From the human T2T-CHM13v2.0 reference genome, Homo sapiens: a stretch of 64,000 nucleotides of DNA. The DNA is taken from assembly GCF_009914755.1 (NCBI RefSeq), contig NC_060927.1; one strand, given 5' to 3'. Below, in pieces: positions 30,648-43,405 of the stretch; position 1 is the first letter of the stretch, and every line of letters begins with the position of its first letter. The notes beneath the pieces are model-generated. The model was not told where the DNA came from. It did not search any database and saw nothing but the letters and a program-made list of their open reading frames with translations. Made by a program: the position numbers and the translations under genes.

Positions 30648-31191
30648 CTTAGTATCTTTGATAACTGTAGATGTCCAGCCTTCAACAGTATAGGAAGGAT
30701 GGACTTTGTCTCCATGTGGGCAATCAAAACATCGCTCTGTGTCATACCCATAGTTCAGCAGCATCCTGAGCATGACTTCATCTTTCAGAGTGTATTGCAG
30801 TGCTGATGGGAAATGTAAAGGGTTAACTCTGCAGAAGTAATTGACATTGGCCCCATGCCTTAGCAGCAGACTGATCAGCTCATAGTTGCCCATCCTGAGG
30901 GCTATCTGGAGGCAGTTAACCGGGTCTTGATTAGGCAGAGCTCCAGCACTCAGAAGCAGCTTGACTGAAGAGAGGTCACTGTTTGATACAGCAAAATACA
31001 AAGCTGACTTCCTGTGGTCATCGTAGTGTTTGTTAATTCTCTGATCCAGCATGAAGTTCACATCAAATCCAGCCTGGATGAGGAGTTCCAGGCACTGAGG
31101 ATGTGCTCCTGCTGCTGCACAGTGAACTGGACTGATCCCACTCTGCTTAATGGCAGCAAGATCCGTAACTGGAATCAGTATCTTTAGAGCT
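30648..31191 (-). CDS. ASB14: ASB14 coding exon (ankyrin repeats)
   Basis: cag|A GCT CTA AAG...ACT AAG|gtaagt; [30 protein letters not shown]...VIKDTK (within ORF 30534-31223). Confidence 0.96.
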
Positions 31192-31532
31192 CTGAGAAAG
31201 AATTTCAAAATGCATTTCAACATTGTTTTTAAGATGTAGCACTAACTTGTTTATTATTGTTTTATAGCAATACTAGATAGTATCAGTATTCAGGGGGCAT
31301 TTAGAACCCACAACCAAAAAAAAAAGCATAATTCCTTCATCCAGAAGCTCAGATACCAAGTAAAATTGAATGGAATTACCGTCTAAGCTATAAAATTCAG
31401 AATTAGCTCAGAGGCCTGAGGCTTCCCATATTGTCTAAGTACCTGAGAAAAAAGTTTTATATCTCTTCGGTGGCTTCAGAGGATGCCTGGTTAAACAGCC
31501 ATTTCTAGTTCTTCCTAGTTGGTCAAGAGTTT

Positions 31533-31656
31533 TTCTTTTTTCTTTTTTTTTTTTTTTTTTTTGAGACGGAGTTTCCTCTTGTTGCCCAAGCTGGAGTGCA
31601 GTGGCGCAATCTTGGCTCACTGCAACCTCTGCCTCCTGGGTTCAAGCAATTCTCCT
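31533..31656 (-). mobile_element. 5'-truncated Alu (right-arm fragment)
   Basis: T tail plus ~95 bp Alu; TSD AAGAGTTT at 31525 and 31657. Confidence 0.85.
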
Positions 31657-31688
31657 AAGAGTTTCTCATCTTTAAAAGGTATGTTTAG

Positions 31689-32459
31689 GGCTGGGGGTGG
31701 TGGCTCAAGCCTGTAATCCCAGCACTTTGGGAGGCCGAGGAGGGCGGATCACGAGGTTAAGAGATTGAGACCATCCTGGCCAACATGGTGAAACCCCATC
31801 TCTACTAAAAATACAAAAATTAGCTGGTGTGGTGGTGCCCACCTGTAGTCCCAGCTACTCAGGAGGCTGAGGCAGGAGAATTGCTTGAACCCGGGAGGCG
31901 GAGGTTGCGGTCAGCCGAGATCATGCCACTGCACTCCAGCCTGGCTGCAGGAGTTCAGTCAGCGTGGTGGGAAATATTATTAAAATTATAGAAAGAAGCA
32001 CACCTTCTTGGAAGGCCGGGAGGTTTTGCAAAAGCTTCAGGAAAGGATTTGGCTGAAGGCAGCTGAATTCTCTCAGAGTAGGTTACAAGGAAGTGTAAGG
32101 GAATTGATCTAGATAAGTTAGTTTACTTAGGCCTCAGAACTGGCCTTTAATCATCCACATGTAGGACTGTTCTGGCAGCGGGGGTTGGGGGGGAACCGTG
32201 TTAATTACTCACACGATGTGCTGACTCAAAGCCTTTGTCATTAAACCTGTACTAAATAAATGCCTGAAGCACCAGCTTGTCAGGGCCATGGCTGCTACAA
32301 CTCTTTCTTTGAGCAGCCTGGTCCCCTAGCCCACTCTTTCACTGGATACCTATGTCTAAGTACTTTCATCTGTCACTTGGCCAGGGTCTATGGTTCAGAC
32401 CCAGCACCTGGCGACAGAGGGAGACAGCATCTCAAAAAAAAAAAAAAAAAAAAAAAAAA
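31689..32459 (+). mobile_element. AluSc-like element split by the LTR22
   Basis: Alu 31689-31945 resumes at 32413 up to the A tail; TSD GTATGTTTAG at 31679 and 32460. Confidence 0.88.
31946..32406 (+). mobile_element. Solo LTR, LTR22 family (HERV-K HML-5), inside an Alu
   Basis: TG...CA ends; 6-bp TSD CCTGGC (31940-31945 and 32407-32412); AATAAA at ~32255; resembles recalled LTR22 consensus. Confidence 0.8.
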
Positions 32460-32574
32460 GTATGTTTAGATTGTGGGATCAGTGATTAAAGATTATAAAG
32501 TTCCTAGAAGCAGCACAAAATAAAAGGTAGCTATTACTGTTTTTATTATTTATAATAATGTAATTGAACTTAAC

Positions 32575-32746
32575 AGTAAGTGGCCCCTGTCAGCTGCCAC
32601 ATGGATGGGCAGGTGGCCTGAATTCTTAGGGATGTTGGCATCAGCTCCATACTCCAGCAAGAGAGCCACAGCATCTGGATTTCCTCCACTTGCGGCTTCA
32701 AGTAAGATGGAAGAAGAATCAGAGGCCTGACCATGAGCATTAGCTC
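32575..32746 (-). CDS. ASB14: ASB14 coding exon (ankyrin repeats)
   Basis: tag|GA GCT AAT...TTA CT|gttaagt; [56 protein letters not shown]. Confidence 0.92.
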
Positions 32747-33280
32747 CTAAGAGGAGAAAGACTCTTGTTAATGCAAAAATTATTTTCCACTGTATTTCTT
32801 GAGCAATCTTAAAAATATATCCCCATCACCAAAAAGCAATTAGTGAGCACGCACTCTAGCAAAGCACCAAGAATCAAAGTAACAGAATATATACCTCCTG
32901 CTCTCAAGTAACTTATAAACTAGTTGGGGAAGAAAAAAATGGCAGTTTCTAAATTATAAGTAGGTTAGTTTTTGAAGTAATTTGATGTCCATTTGTTTGG
33001 AACTTGAAAATTCCAGTAGAAATACTGTTATAAAAGTTGCTTTTATTTCTAGACCAGCCTATAAAAGCCCACTTAACTCATAACACACATATAGGATGGT
33101 ACTAACAAATCTATCAAACTATAATACCATGCCATCTAATGATACTGTTTTGGTGGAAAAGGGCATTTGTTCTGTTTTAGCTTGTTCGTAGGGGACCATA
33201 GTAGGAGACACTGTAACTGTTTTTAATTGAGGTTAGGAACTGCCAATAGCCAAAGAGGTAAGTTGTTGTAGTTATTAGTA

Positions 33281-33526
33281 CAGAGTATCCCTTATCCAAA
33301 ATGCTTGGGACCAGAAGTGTTTCATATTTCAGGGTTTTTAAAAAAAATATTTGCACTACACTTACAAGTTGCATTATACTTACAAGTCCCAAATCCAGAA
33401 ATCCGAAATCTGAAATGCTCCAGTAGGAATTTCTTTTGAGCATCATGTTGATGTTCAAAAAGTTTCAGATTTTGGAAGATTCTGGATTTCAGATTTTCAG
33501 ATTAAGAATGCTTAACTTACACCCTG
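33281..33526. mobile_element. Tigger4a/MER46-like MITE
   Basis: TA|CAGAGTATCCCTTATCCAAAATGCTTGGGACCAGAAG; AAATCCGAAATCTGAAATGCTCC motifs; ends CTG|TA. Confidence 0.75.
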
Positions 33527-33599
33527 TATGTTAAGTGTTATGTGAGTGATGTGAATAATAAGAGTACAGGGACAGGCAAAAGGTCTTCTAGAAGATCTA

Positions 33600-33643
33600 G
33601 GGCTGGGGTTGTAAGGGGGGCTGGGGTTGTAAGGGGAGCTGGG
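33600..33643 (+). repeat. 18-bp tandem duplication with six G-runs
   Basis: GGCTGGGGTTGTAAGGGG twice, then AGCTGGG. Confidence 0.85.
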
Positions 33644-35466
33644 AGGTGAAGGAAGGAGAAAAGAGTTTGGGTCAGTTGTGGAAGTGTTCCCAGTAAAATG
33701 GGCTCTGAAGAAAGAGTAGCATTTGAATGGACAAAAGTTACGGAGAGCATTCTGAAGCTCATATAAAAAAGATGTAGTGACTTTAATTTAACACAGACTC
33801 CATAAGAGTCATCAGGGTCCAGTGGCTGCCCAAGAACCCCATTCCAAGAATGCCTTAGAAGTCCAATAAGCCTCTGCTTATTGAGTGCCCACTATGTGCT
33901 GGTTCCATTATGTGTATAATAATTTTTAAACTTTGTAACAACCCCCAGCAGTAGGTGCTTAACATACTCATTTTAAAGATGAAGAAACTCATTGAGTTTC
34001 AGTGACTTCCCCAAAGATGCACACCTAGTAAGCAAGGTAGTCAGGATTCATATACAGTTATTCTAAACCCAGGGCTTATATCTATGATGCCATGTTGCCA
34101 CTCTAGCAATGCAGGGTGATAATGTGATTTGGAATCAGATGTACCTTGAAATACTGGCTCTGTGATGTACCATCTGTGTCACTTGGTGCAAATTACTTTG
34201 TAAGGAGTCACTTAAAGGAAATGCTTACTCACTGAGGTCAACTGATACTGGTTTCTTTGCAGGGTAAAGGATTTAACATCTGTTGCTTCTTTCTCTGTAT
34301 TTTAATCAATGATCTATACAAAAGGTTACTCTTTCCTCGTAGATGAAAGATTCCAATGTTTATTTTTGTTATTCCAGCTAATGACTTTAGACATTTCTTA
34401 TATTGATCATTTAAAACATCTTACTTAAAATGTCTTATGGCCATTGATTAGCAACTAGCCTCCCCTATATGACAGGAAAGATTTAGATAATGTCTAAAAA
34501 GCACAAGGTTGTTTTTAAATATGAGTCTCTGCCATCTAGAATACTGGAGACCAGGACTGTGTATTGTTAAAGAACAAAATAATACTTCTAGACAGGGAGG
34601 AGAATAAAGATAATTCTATTATTGAGACTTTTAAAAATCTTGGTAAAAATTTGCTTTTTTGAAAAAAAGCTTTAGATTGATCCTACCTTGCTTCATCTAA
34701 CAGTGTCATCAATGAGCTCTCCTCGAAGACAGTAAAGGCCAAAGTTCTCTGAGCCAAGGGTCCCTGCTAGTTAAGCCAGGATTCAAAATGCCCACAGCTA
34801 CAGAGCTGGGGATAGGGGAGGGGGCATGTTTGAAGGGAAGTCCTGCAGCTGGTACCATGGCTGACCCTCACTTTCCTCAAGTATAAAATTAGGATAATAC
34901 CTACCTCACAGAGTTTTTAAAGGGTTATGAGGCAACATGGGTAGTTTAATGCTTTTGCTTAGATAGTACCCAATAAGTTTAAGTTGCTTTCCCCTTCCCT
35001 TGGAGTTTTGGTTATTACTAGAGTGAAAAACTGGGACCCAAAGAGAAGAAATCAGGAATAATTTCCTAACATCTAAAGCCATTTGGTAACAGATTAAACT
35101 GCCTCATGATTTGGACTTAGGCAGAGGTAATGTGCAGAGTATGTTGCAGGGTGTTTGATTTTATGATTCTAGAAAAGGACAACACCACAAAAAGGTTAAA
35201 AAACCATCATCATCTTAGCACAGTGAGGGAATGTTAAGTAAACGTAACCTGCATCCTAGTAACTTTAGGGAAATTATGTCAGACCTAATAAAAAATTCAG
35301 TCTTTATGTTAGGCTTCTCAGTAATCACTATTAACCCATAATTTTTATCAAACATTTATATTAGGCTTAAATGTTAACTTTTATTATTTTGAAGCTCTCC
35401 ATTAAGAGGAGAACCCCTGGATCATGTTACCCTTTGTTAGTGTGCTGACCAAACAGAAGATCTTGC

Positions 35467-35712
35467 CTTTCCGCAGTAACATTTCCATGATTTCAGTGTG
35501 TCCACTTTGGGCAGCAAGAGCAAGAGGAGTGAATCCATACGTGCTCTGTGGGTCAGGGTGTGCCCCAGAAACCAGCATAAGCTTCACCATGTCCTCTCTG
35601 CCCAGTTTGGCTGCTTCGTGGAGAGCTGTCCTCTCGTTGGCACAACGCAGATTGACATCTGCTCCATAGTTGATCAGCAAGGCAGCCATGTCATAGCAGT
35701 CACGCAGCACAG
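35467..35712 (-). CDS. ASB14: ASB14 coding exon (ankyrin repeats), GC donor
   Basis: cag|CT GTG CTG CGT...AAA G|gcaaga; [37 protein letters not shown]...EMLLRK. Confidence 0.92.
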
Positions 35713-36360
35713 CTGGGAAATGAGAAGTGTGGTGGGCATGTTCAACGGGAAGTTAAGCCCAAAGTAGCATATCTGCAAGTATCCCTCAGGCTTTCTTAAG
35801 GAGTTCTTCCCACCCACTCCCAGACCCGAACATTCTGTGTTTAGGAAACAGATTGTAAAGTAAGGCATGTGTCAAATAATACTTACTGAGAATGTTTTAC
35901 ATCAATGGACTATGTTTTTCTGTAAGCCATGAGTAATTATTCATTGCTTATGTGGTTGAAACACAAATGTAAACTTTTCACTTATCTTTATTCTTCAAGA
36001 AAATGGGAACTTAATTATTCAGTACAGTCCTGGAAATGTTTGTAGCTGCTTTAAAATAAGAAAAAAAACAAACAAAAGACAGCCCAGACTCTGAAACATG
36101 CCAAAAATTAAAAAAAAACAAAAACAAAAACAGAATCTACCCCCAGAAAATGAATGACTAAAACACAATTTAAATATGCATATCTGGTGGGAGTGGTTGA
36201 GGCCATAGAAAATGATAGTTTTGGCCTATCATTTCTGCATTACCACACTTTGGCAACACACCAAAGTATGTTGTATAGAAAGCCCCTTAAGTTTCTGTAA
36301 GGAAATGTAAAGAAAATGATTTTGTAGTTAAAAAAATAATAATAAAAGGCTTGGGAACAC

Positions 36361-36361
36361 T

Positions 36362-36404
<43 letters not shown>

Positions 36405-36700
36405 AATATATATATATTTAGGCTCTCATTCTGTCATCCAGGCTGAAGTGCAGTGGTACGATCATAGCTCCCTGCAGCCTTGAACTGCTGGGCTCAGTCA
36501 ATCCTCCTGCCTTAGCCTCCCAAGAAGCTGGGTCTACAGGCATATGCCACCATGCCTGGCTAATTTCTTTAAAAATTTCTGTAGAGATGCAGTCTTGGTA
36601 TGTTGCCCAGGCTGGTCTTAAACCCCTGGGTTCAAGTGATCTTCCTGCCTCAGCCTCCCAAAGGCTGGGATTACTGGCGTGAGCCACTAATCTCAGCCAG
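36361..36700 (-). mobile_element. AluJ with (TG)n/(TA)n tail
   Basis: Diverged dimer next to microsatellite 36361-36417. Confidence 0.82.
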
Positions 36701-37211
36701 CACTATATATTCTATCACCCTCTTCAAGATTCACTTTGTACATTGGTATATTGAAGTCTCTGAGGAATCTTGCAATGCATTTGCTTAACTTTTTAACCCG
36801 GCATTTTCCATGACCTATCAATAGGGACATGCTGTTTAGGTGCCACAGAAATGGAATCATTTGACCTACCAGATAGGCTGAAGTGAAGAGAGGAAAACTA
36901 GCTCTACCGTTGTTACAACAGGCTTCACAGCCTCACGGTTTTTACATATGTGATTTTTCTACGCACAAGACAAGTACTATCTTATAGACAAGGAAACAGG
37001 TTTAGAGAGGTTAGATCTGACCCAGAGTTCTTTTCACTATACAGTGCTAGGGTGCTTTATGGTTTATGCGTGCTTTCTCAGAGAAGGCTTTTCTGCTCAG
37101 TGTTTTCTGTATAAAATGCAAAGCGTTAGCATCTTGGGACAAACCATGAAGGGACCCCAAATCCTAATTTTTGGCAGTACTCTGTTGGTCTCTCTTTAAT
37201 TTTCAGTGTTG

Positions 37212-37513
37212 TTTTTTTTTTTTTTTTTTGAGACAGAGTATTGCTCTGTCACCCAGGCTGGAGTGCAGTGGCGCAATCTTGGCTCACTGCAACCTCGTCT
37301 CTCCCTGGTTCAAGCGATTCTCCTGCCTCAGCCTCCCTAGTAGCTGGGATTACAGGTGCCTGCCACCAAGCTCTGCTAATTTTTGTATTTTTAGTAGAGA
37401 CAGGGTTTCACCATGTTGGTCAGGCTGGTCTCAAACTCCTGATCTCAGGTGACCGGCCGGCCTCGGCCTCCCAAAGTGCTGGGATTACAGGTGTGAACTA
37501 CCGTGCACAGCCT
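37212..37513 (-). mobile_element. AluS
   Basis: Dimer; TSD TAATTTTCAG. Confidence 0.9.
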
Positions 37514-37519
37514 AATTTT

Positions 37520-39950
37520 CAGCTTTTATTTTGATAAAAGTTATACATGTACAGAACTTAAAGAGCCAATTACTGTGAAGTCCATCACTCTTTCCCTACA
37601 ATCTTTTTCCTTCTCCAGAGGGATCCTTTAGCTGATTCTTTGCTCTTCATGCCCGTGTCTCTAAGTAACCTGCTTGTATTGATACTTGTTGATTTTTGGT
37701 TTTGGTATAATTTAATGACTTCTTACCATAGAAAATGAGGATTTAACTTTTTTTCCTCCTGTCCCCACCACATGTGCACATTTCTCGTCCCACCATCCTA
37801 ATATTTTTGTAGCATAATTTTTGTTAAATATTTAATATTTACCTTCATGTATGTCATTCAAAGGTAGGCCATATTTACATTTCCTTTTATGCACATCTTT
37901 TTGTTTTCCCTGGAGTTAATACTTGTCTTATGTTTCATTTGCTTAGTTTCCAATTTATCATTAATTCCACCCCAAACTCTCTAAACTGTCTACATCTCCC
38001 TTCAAGATGTCATTCCTAGCCCACCATGGTCTTGAAGAAGCCTCTACCTGGGGCCTCCTGACCTGTTCCAATCTGGACCTCAGTGCCTGGTCATGTTTGG
38101 TCATCCTAAGATCGTTATTCCCCTCATCTTAGGGATCTCATTTGCCTCCCACCTGGCTTGGATCTTCTGTTTTCTGGATGCCAAACTTTTGTTTTTCTGC
38201 TTTACTCCGATGTTGGTAGAACATTTGCTCCGTTAGCTTCCTAACAGCAGGGAACAAGAAAGTTTTTGAGATTTCCTATGTCTGAAAATATCTTTTATGT
38301 CTTTAATCTACTGTCAGATTTGAGAGTTGGAGCAAATATAGAATTTTAAGTTGGAAGTATTTTTTCCTCAGAATCTGTAAAACTATTATTCACCACCAAT
38401 TACTTCAAGCTTCTAGTTACCATTGAGATGTCTGAAACCATTCTGATTTTTCATCTTTTGTATATTATGTATTCCTTTTTTTCTCTCAGGAAGTCTGTGG
38501 AAACTTCTTTCCACAGTGACTTGTGAGTCTTCCCTAGTGACTTGTCTTTTTTTTTTTCAGCTTTTTATGATTTTTTATTATAATTTAAAAGAGGCTATGT
38601 AAGTAGAAAAGTTTAATTCCACCTCTGAGATGATCTTTAACATTTTCACATGTATCCTTGAATTATTTATTTCTACATGTAACATTTTAAAGAACTTTTT
38701 GTTACACAAAATTCTCTAATAATTGGCTTTTCTGCATTTATAGTATGAACTCACATTTAGAGAAGAATACTTAGACCCCCAAGATCCTAAAACATCTAAC
38801 TTTATCCATCTCGCTATTCAATCACTAATTATTGGCATCAAATGTGTACGAGGAGCCTTGCTAGCTGCTGAGGTGCTGAATCAGTATGAATTCTGCTAAT
38901 AACCATTTATAATTTGCCACAGAAAGTTCTCTCATTGCTCTAAGACTAAGACTAGAAACAAAGTGCCGAGGGTATTGGGTCTTTTACGGTTCATTGAGCT
39001 GGCACTTAGTGTGGCCCTTTATTCTGGAAACACTTGTCCTTCATTTTAGGAAATCATTTTCTTGACTTATTGCATTGGCCATATACCACCTCCATCTTGT
39101 CTGTTCTCTCATTCCTCTTATTCACATGTTGCTACTCTTGGATCATCCAACTAATTTTCACTTCTTTCCTATTTTCCATTTCTTATTTTCTTCTTCTGGA
39201 AGCTTTCCTGAACTCCATCTTCCAGCATTGTTTTGGTTTTTAAAATATCTGCTCATATTTTTAATTTTCAAGAATATTTTGTTTTCTAATTTTGCTAACA
39301 TCTTGTTCTTATTAAAATGGTTTCTCTGAGGAAGTTAATGACAATTTCCCTTTAAATTTTAGTTTTCCTAAATAATCTTAAAGTTGCTTAACTCTATTTG
39401 TTGAAGATTTTCCTCAGATAGCCTTTGGCTATTTGCTCATAATTAAAAATTGGAGACTAAAAAGCTGGTTGGAAATTTTAAGCAGAGAGTGGGGCTTGTG
39501 GACTGTAGGTTTAACAATAGGTTGATATGTTTGGGCCACTTATTGGGAAAGCCCCAGTGTCACTATCTTTAGCTCTTTCTTCTTGGGCTGGTCAGATTCC
39601 TCCAGAGAACCCCCGGCAGCCTGGAGGGTAAGGGCCTGGCTGCCAGCCTTCTAGGAGGAGGGCTGGGCAGTCTCAACTATGTTTGCTTAATTCCTCCAGT
39701 GTTTTCAATCTAGTACTCCACCCTCACCTAAAATTCCGTGGTCCAGAGACTCTCTGTTTAAGCTAGGCAGAGAATAAACCTCCAGGATTCTGCTGGGGTT
39801 GGGCAGGAATGATCTAGAGATCTGACTATCTGCTTCTTAATAGTTTTCAACCAACTCTTCTGTTTCAGCTGCCTGCCCTTCACCCCTATTCCATGAGGTA
39901 ATTCTGCTCCCCTCTGATTTTTTGTATCAGAATTAACTGGCTTGATGAAG
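37520..39950 (-). mobile_element. Old, degraded L1M/L1ME-like fragments
   Basis: T-rich degenerate L1-like text; boundaries approximate. Confidence 0.45.
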
Positions 39951-40172
39951 GTACCATGCGAAATGAGCTGCTCTTAACTGGGCAGAGGTTTTGCATCAGG
40001 CCACCTCACAGGCCAGCCTATGGAAAGCTTCTGGAGGGTCGGTACCCATGTCTGGTCAGTTGGGAACAGAGTGACAGTGCTGCAACTATGCATAAAAAGC
40101 TGCCTTTGAAACCTGGGGGCATGAAGGAGACTCAGTGCCACAGACTCTTTCAGAAACAAGGTATTCATTTAC

Positions 40173-40331
40173 CTGCAAGAAGAGGAGAATTGCCTTCGAA
40201 ATTCTTAGCATTTGGATTGCAGCCATTGAGAAGAAGAAAAGTGGCATTTTCTAAGAGGCAACTGCTGACAGCCAAAAAAAGTGGCGTTTCACCATTGTGA
40301 GTGGTTTGCTCCCACAGACTGGGGTCTGAAG
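40173..40331 (-). CDS. ASB14: ASB14 coding exon (ankyrin repeats)
   Basis: cag|CT TCA GAC...GCA G|gtaaat; [52 protein letters not shown]. Confidence 0.94.
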
Positions 40332-40426
40332 CTGAAATAAATTCATCATACCACACAAATTAAGATATAGAAATGAATGTTAAATTTATCTCTCAGAAGC
40401 ATCAAGAAGAATCAAAGGGAATTTAC

Positions 40427-40558
40427 CGCTTAGGGTTATTTCCAAAATTTTCCTATTTAATTGCACTGCAGCCTTATGCAGAGGAATCCAGCCTATCTCA
40501 TCTGCTTCACCAAATGCGGAATGGTACTTGGTTAAGTGTGACAATGCATCTTCCTTAC
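40427..40558 (-). CDS. ASB14: ASB14 coding exon
   Basis: atag|GT AAG GAA...AGC G|gtaaat; [43 protein letters not shown]. Confidence 0.9.
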
Positions 40559-40802
40559 CTATTAACGAGTCAAATGAGAACAGATTCACATTTGGCACAC
40601 TTACAAGGAAGCCCATATTGCTTCCTGAATTCTACCACCAAAGTTAATGCATAAGACAACAGAATTCTAGCACCACCTTTTATGAAAGACAAATGGCATA
40701 TGACAGACAGTAAGGCCGGTCATGTAGCGTTCCGCACCTGGGCATGTGAACACCCCCAGCGTCTTGTTATTTACAAAAAACAGCTCTGTCTAGGAAGGAA
40801 CC

Positions 40803-41315
<513 letters not shown>

Positions 41316-41337
41316 TAAAGGGGATAGGAGTACTTAA

Positions 41338-41393
41338 CTTTCTCTATTGTTTCAACTATCTTCTTATAGTCAGCGCTCAAAAAGGAATGCAAA
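41338..41393 (-). CDS. ASB14: ASB14 coding exon; donor boundary ambiguous (41338 or 41339)
   Basis: gcag|T TTG CAT...GAG AAA G, then ttaagta; [18 protein letters not shown]. Confidence 0.8.
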
Positions 41394-41949
41394 CTGCAAA
41401 GAAAAAAATACATATGTAATTCCAAAACTGAGGAGAAAAAACTGTTATCTGATATAAATCAAAAGGAAAGGGTAATGGTAGCAGTAGTTAATCCGGGATG
41501 AACTTTCATAGGAGGCAATGACTGAGGCATAATAGAAATACTTCTATTTGTAAAATGTAATGTGGCCCTTAACAAAATTCTAGGGAAGCTCCCTAACTCT
41601 ATCTGTCTTCCGCATTAGCCTGTTAGCTTCTTTAGGGCAAGGACTATGTGAGCCTGGATTGCAGTAGGCCCTTAATCAGCGTTGGCTGAACTGAATCAAG
41701 CCTGCCTATGACTGAAATGTCACACTATCTCATGGTAAAATTTGATGGCCATTATAGAATGTCAACGATTCTAGCAGAAACTATTTTAAAAAATAGTAAA
41801 TAAAAATGGTGTCAGTATTAAAAAATATTCACAGTCAGAATGTGTGCTCAGAAATACTATTAGCAGTTAAGTAATGTTTTTATTATTTAAGGCTTTAAAT
41901 CTCAATTTATGAAACTTATTTTAAAACCTAGCAAATAAGGATTGTCACC

Positions 41950-41957
<8 letters not shown>

Positions 41958-41981
<24 letters not shown>

Positions 41982-42214
41982 AGATGGAGTCTGTCTCTGT
42001 CGCCCAGACTGGAGTGCAGTGGTGCGATCTCAGCTCACTGCAGAGTAGCTGGGACTACAGGTGCCCACATCACGGCCGGCTAATTTTTTGTATTTTTAGT
42101 AGAGATGGGGTTTTACTGTGTTAGCCAGGATGATCTCGATCTCCTGACCTCGTGATCTGCTCGCCTCGGCCTCCCAAAGTGCGGGGATTACAGGCATGAG
42201 CCACCACACCCGGC
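41958..42214 (-). mobile_element. AluY with internal deletion of ~45 bp
   Basis: GCTCACTGCAG joined directly to AGTAGCTGGG; TSD CACCTTCCA.TCT. Confidence 0.85.
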
Positions 42215-42344
42215 CACCTTCCACTCTAATTATTTAACGAACCCAGGTTGAGGAGAATAAATTCCCTCGGACACTCTGTCCTGTTTACAATTTGGTCAAT
42301 TACATTATCTTAAACATTTAAACCTGCATTCATAGATTTAGTAT

Positions 42345-42848
42345 TGTGTTAGTTTTCTATAGCTGCTGTAAGAAGTAACCACACACTTAGTGGCTTAAAA
42401 CAACAATAATAAAACAAATTTATTATCTTACAGTTTAGTAGTTCAGAAATCCAAAACAGTCCTCACCGGACTGAAATCAAGATGTCAGCAGGGCTCTGTT
42501 CCTTCTGGAGGCTCTTGGGGAGACTCTATCTCTGCCTTTTCTAGCTTCTAGAAGCCACCCACATTTCTTGGCTGGTGGACTCTCTGCCTCCATCTTCAAA
42601 GCCAGCATTGTTGGGCTTAGTCCTTTTAACACTGCCATCTCCCAAGTTGTCTCTCCTGGCTCCCCCTCTTTCACACTTAAAGATCCTGTGTTACACTGGG
42701 ACCACCTGGGTAATCCAGAGTACACCCCCTATCTAAAAGTCAGCTGATTAGCAGCCATAATTCCATCTGTAGCCTTACTTCTCCTTTGCCATGTAAGGTT
42801 CCAGAAATTAGGACATCTTTGGATGGGACCATTACTCCACATGTCACA
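42345..42848. mobile_element. MLT1C/D MaLR solo LTR
   Basis: TG...CA ends with 5-bp TSD AGTAT; GTGGCTTAAAACAAC motif. Confidence 0.82.
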
Positions 42849-43184
42849 AGTATGTTCTAGTTTTCTAATTCCTTCAAGTACCTGACTAAATCAGCAAGCC
42901 TGCCTAAGTATCATACACTTCCTGCAAATCTAATCAAGTAAATGCATAACCACAGTCAATTTCAGTTTCTCTGAAACATTTCAATACTCTCCTTAGCCCA
43001 ACTCTCTTATACCTTTCAACCTAAAATTGTAAGTTCAAAGTCAGTTACTCAATTATGCAATTTAAGGTTTTAATCATAAGGTTAATATAACAGATAATCT
43101 AATAAGGCTAATTTCTTTACAAAACTTTAAATATTTAAAGATTATTTTAAAAACTAATCCTAAATTGAACACAAAAGTATAGGA

Positions 43185-43405
43185 ATAGTGTGTGGCTAAG
43201 AGCACAGACTTTAGAATCAGACTGCCTTGCTCTTCACTTACTAGTTCTGTGACCTTGGGTAAGCCACTTAACTTTTCTGTGCCTCACTTTCCTCCTCTCT
43301 AAGTAGGGATAATAATAGGACCTACCTCATAGAGAGGTAATGAGAATTAGAATTTAAAAGTTAGTATTTATGAAGTGCTTAAAATAACATGACACATAGT
43401 GATCA
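43185..43405. mobile_element. MIR
   Basis: CTGTGACCTTGGGTAAGCCACTTAACTTTTCTGTGCCTCACTTTCCTC core; similar MIR remnants at ~2110-2340, ~33880-34075, ~51560-51760. Confidence 0.75.

Noticed and set aside
30534-31223. 229-aa ORF as a standalone ankyrin gene
   Set aside because: It is the 544-nt ASB14 exon plus intronic read-through on both sides.
39956-40300. 114-aa plus-strand ORF opposite an ASB14 exon (likewise 35424-35767)
   Set aside because: Antisense shadow of coding sequence; no homology or splice support that I can recognise.
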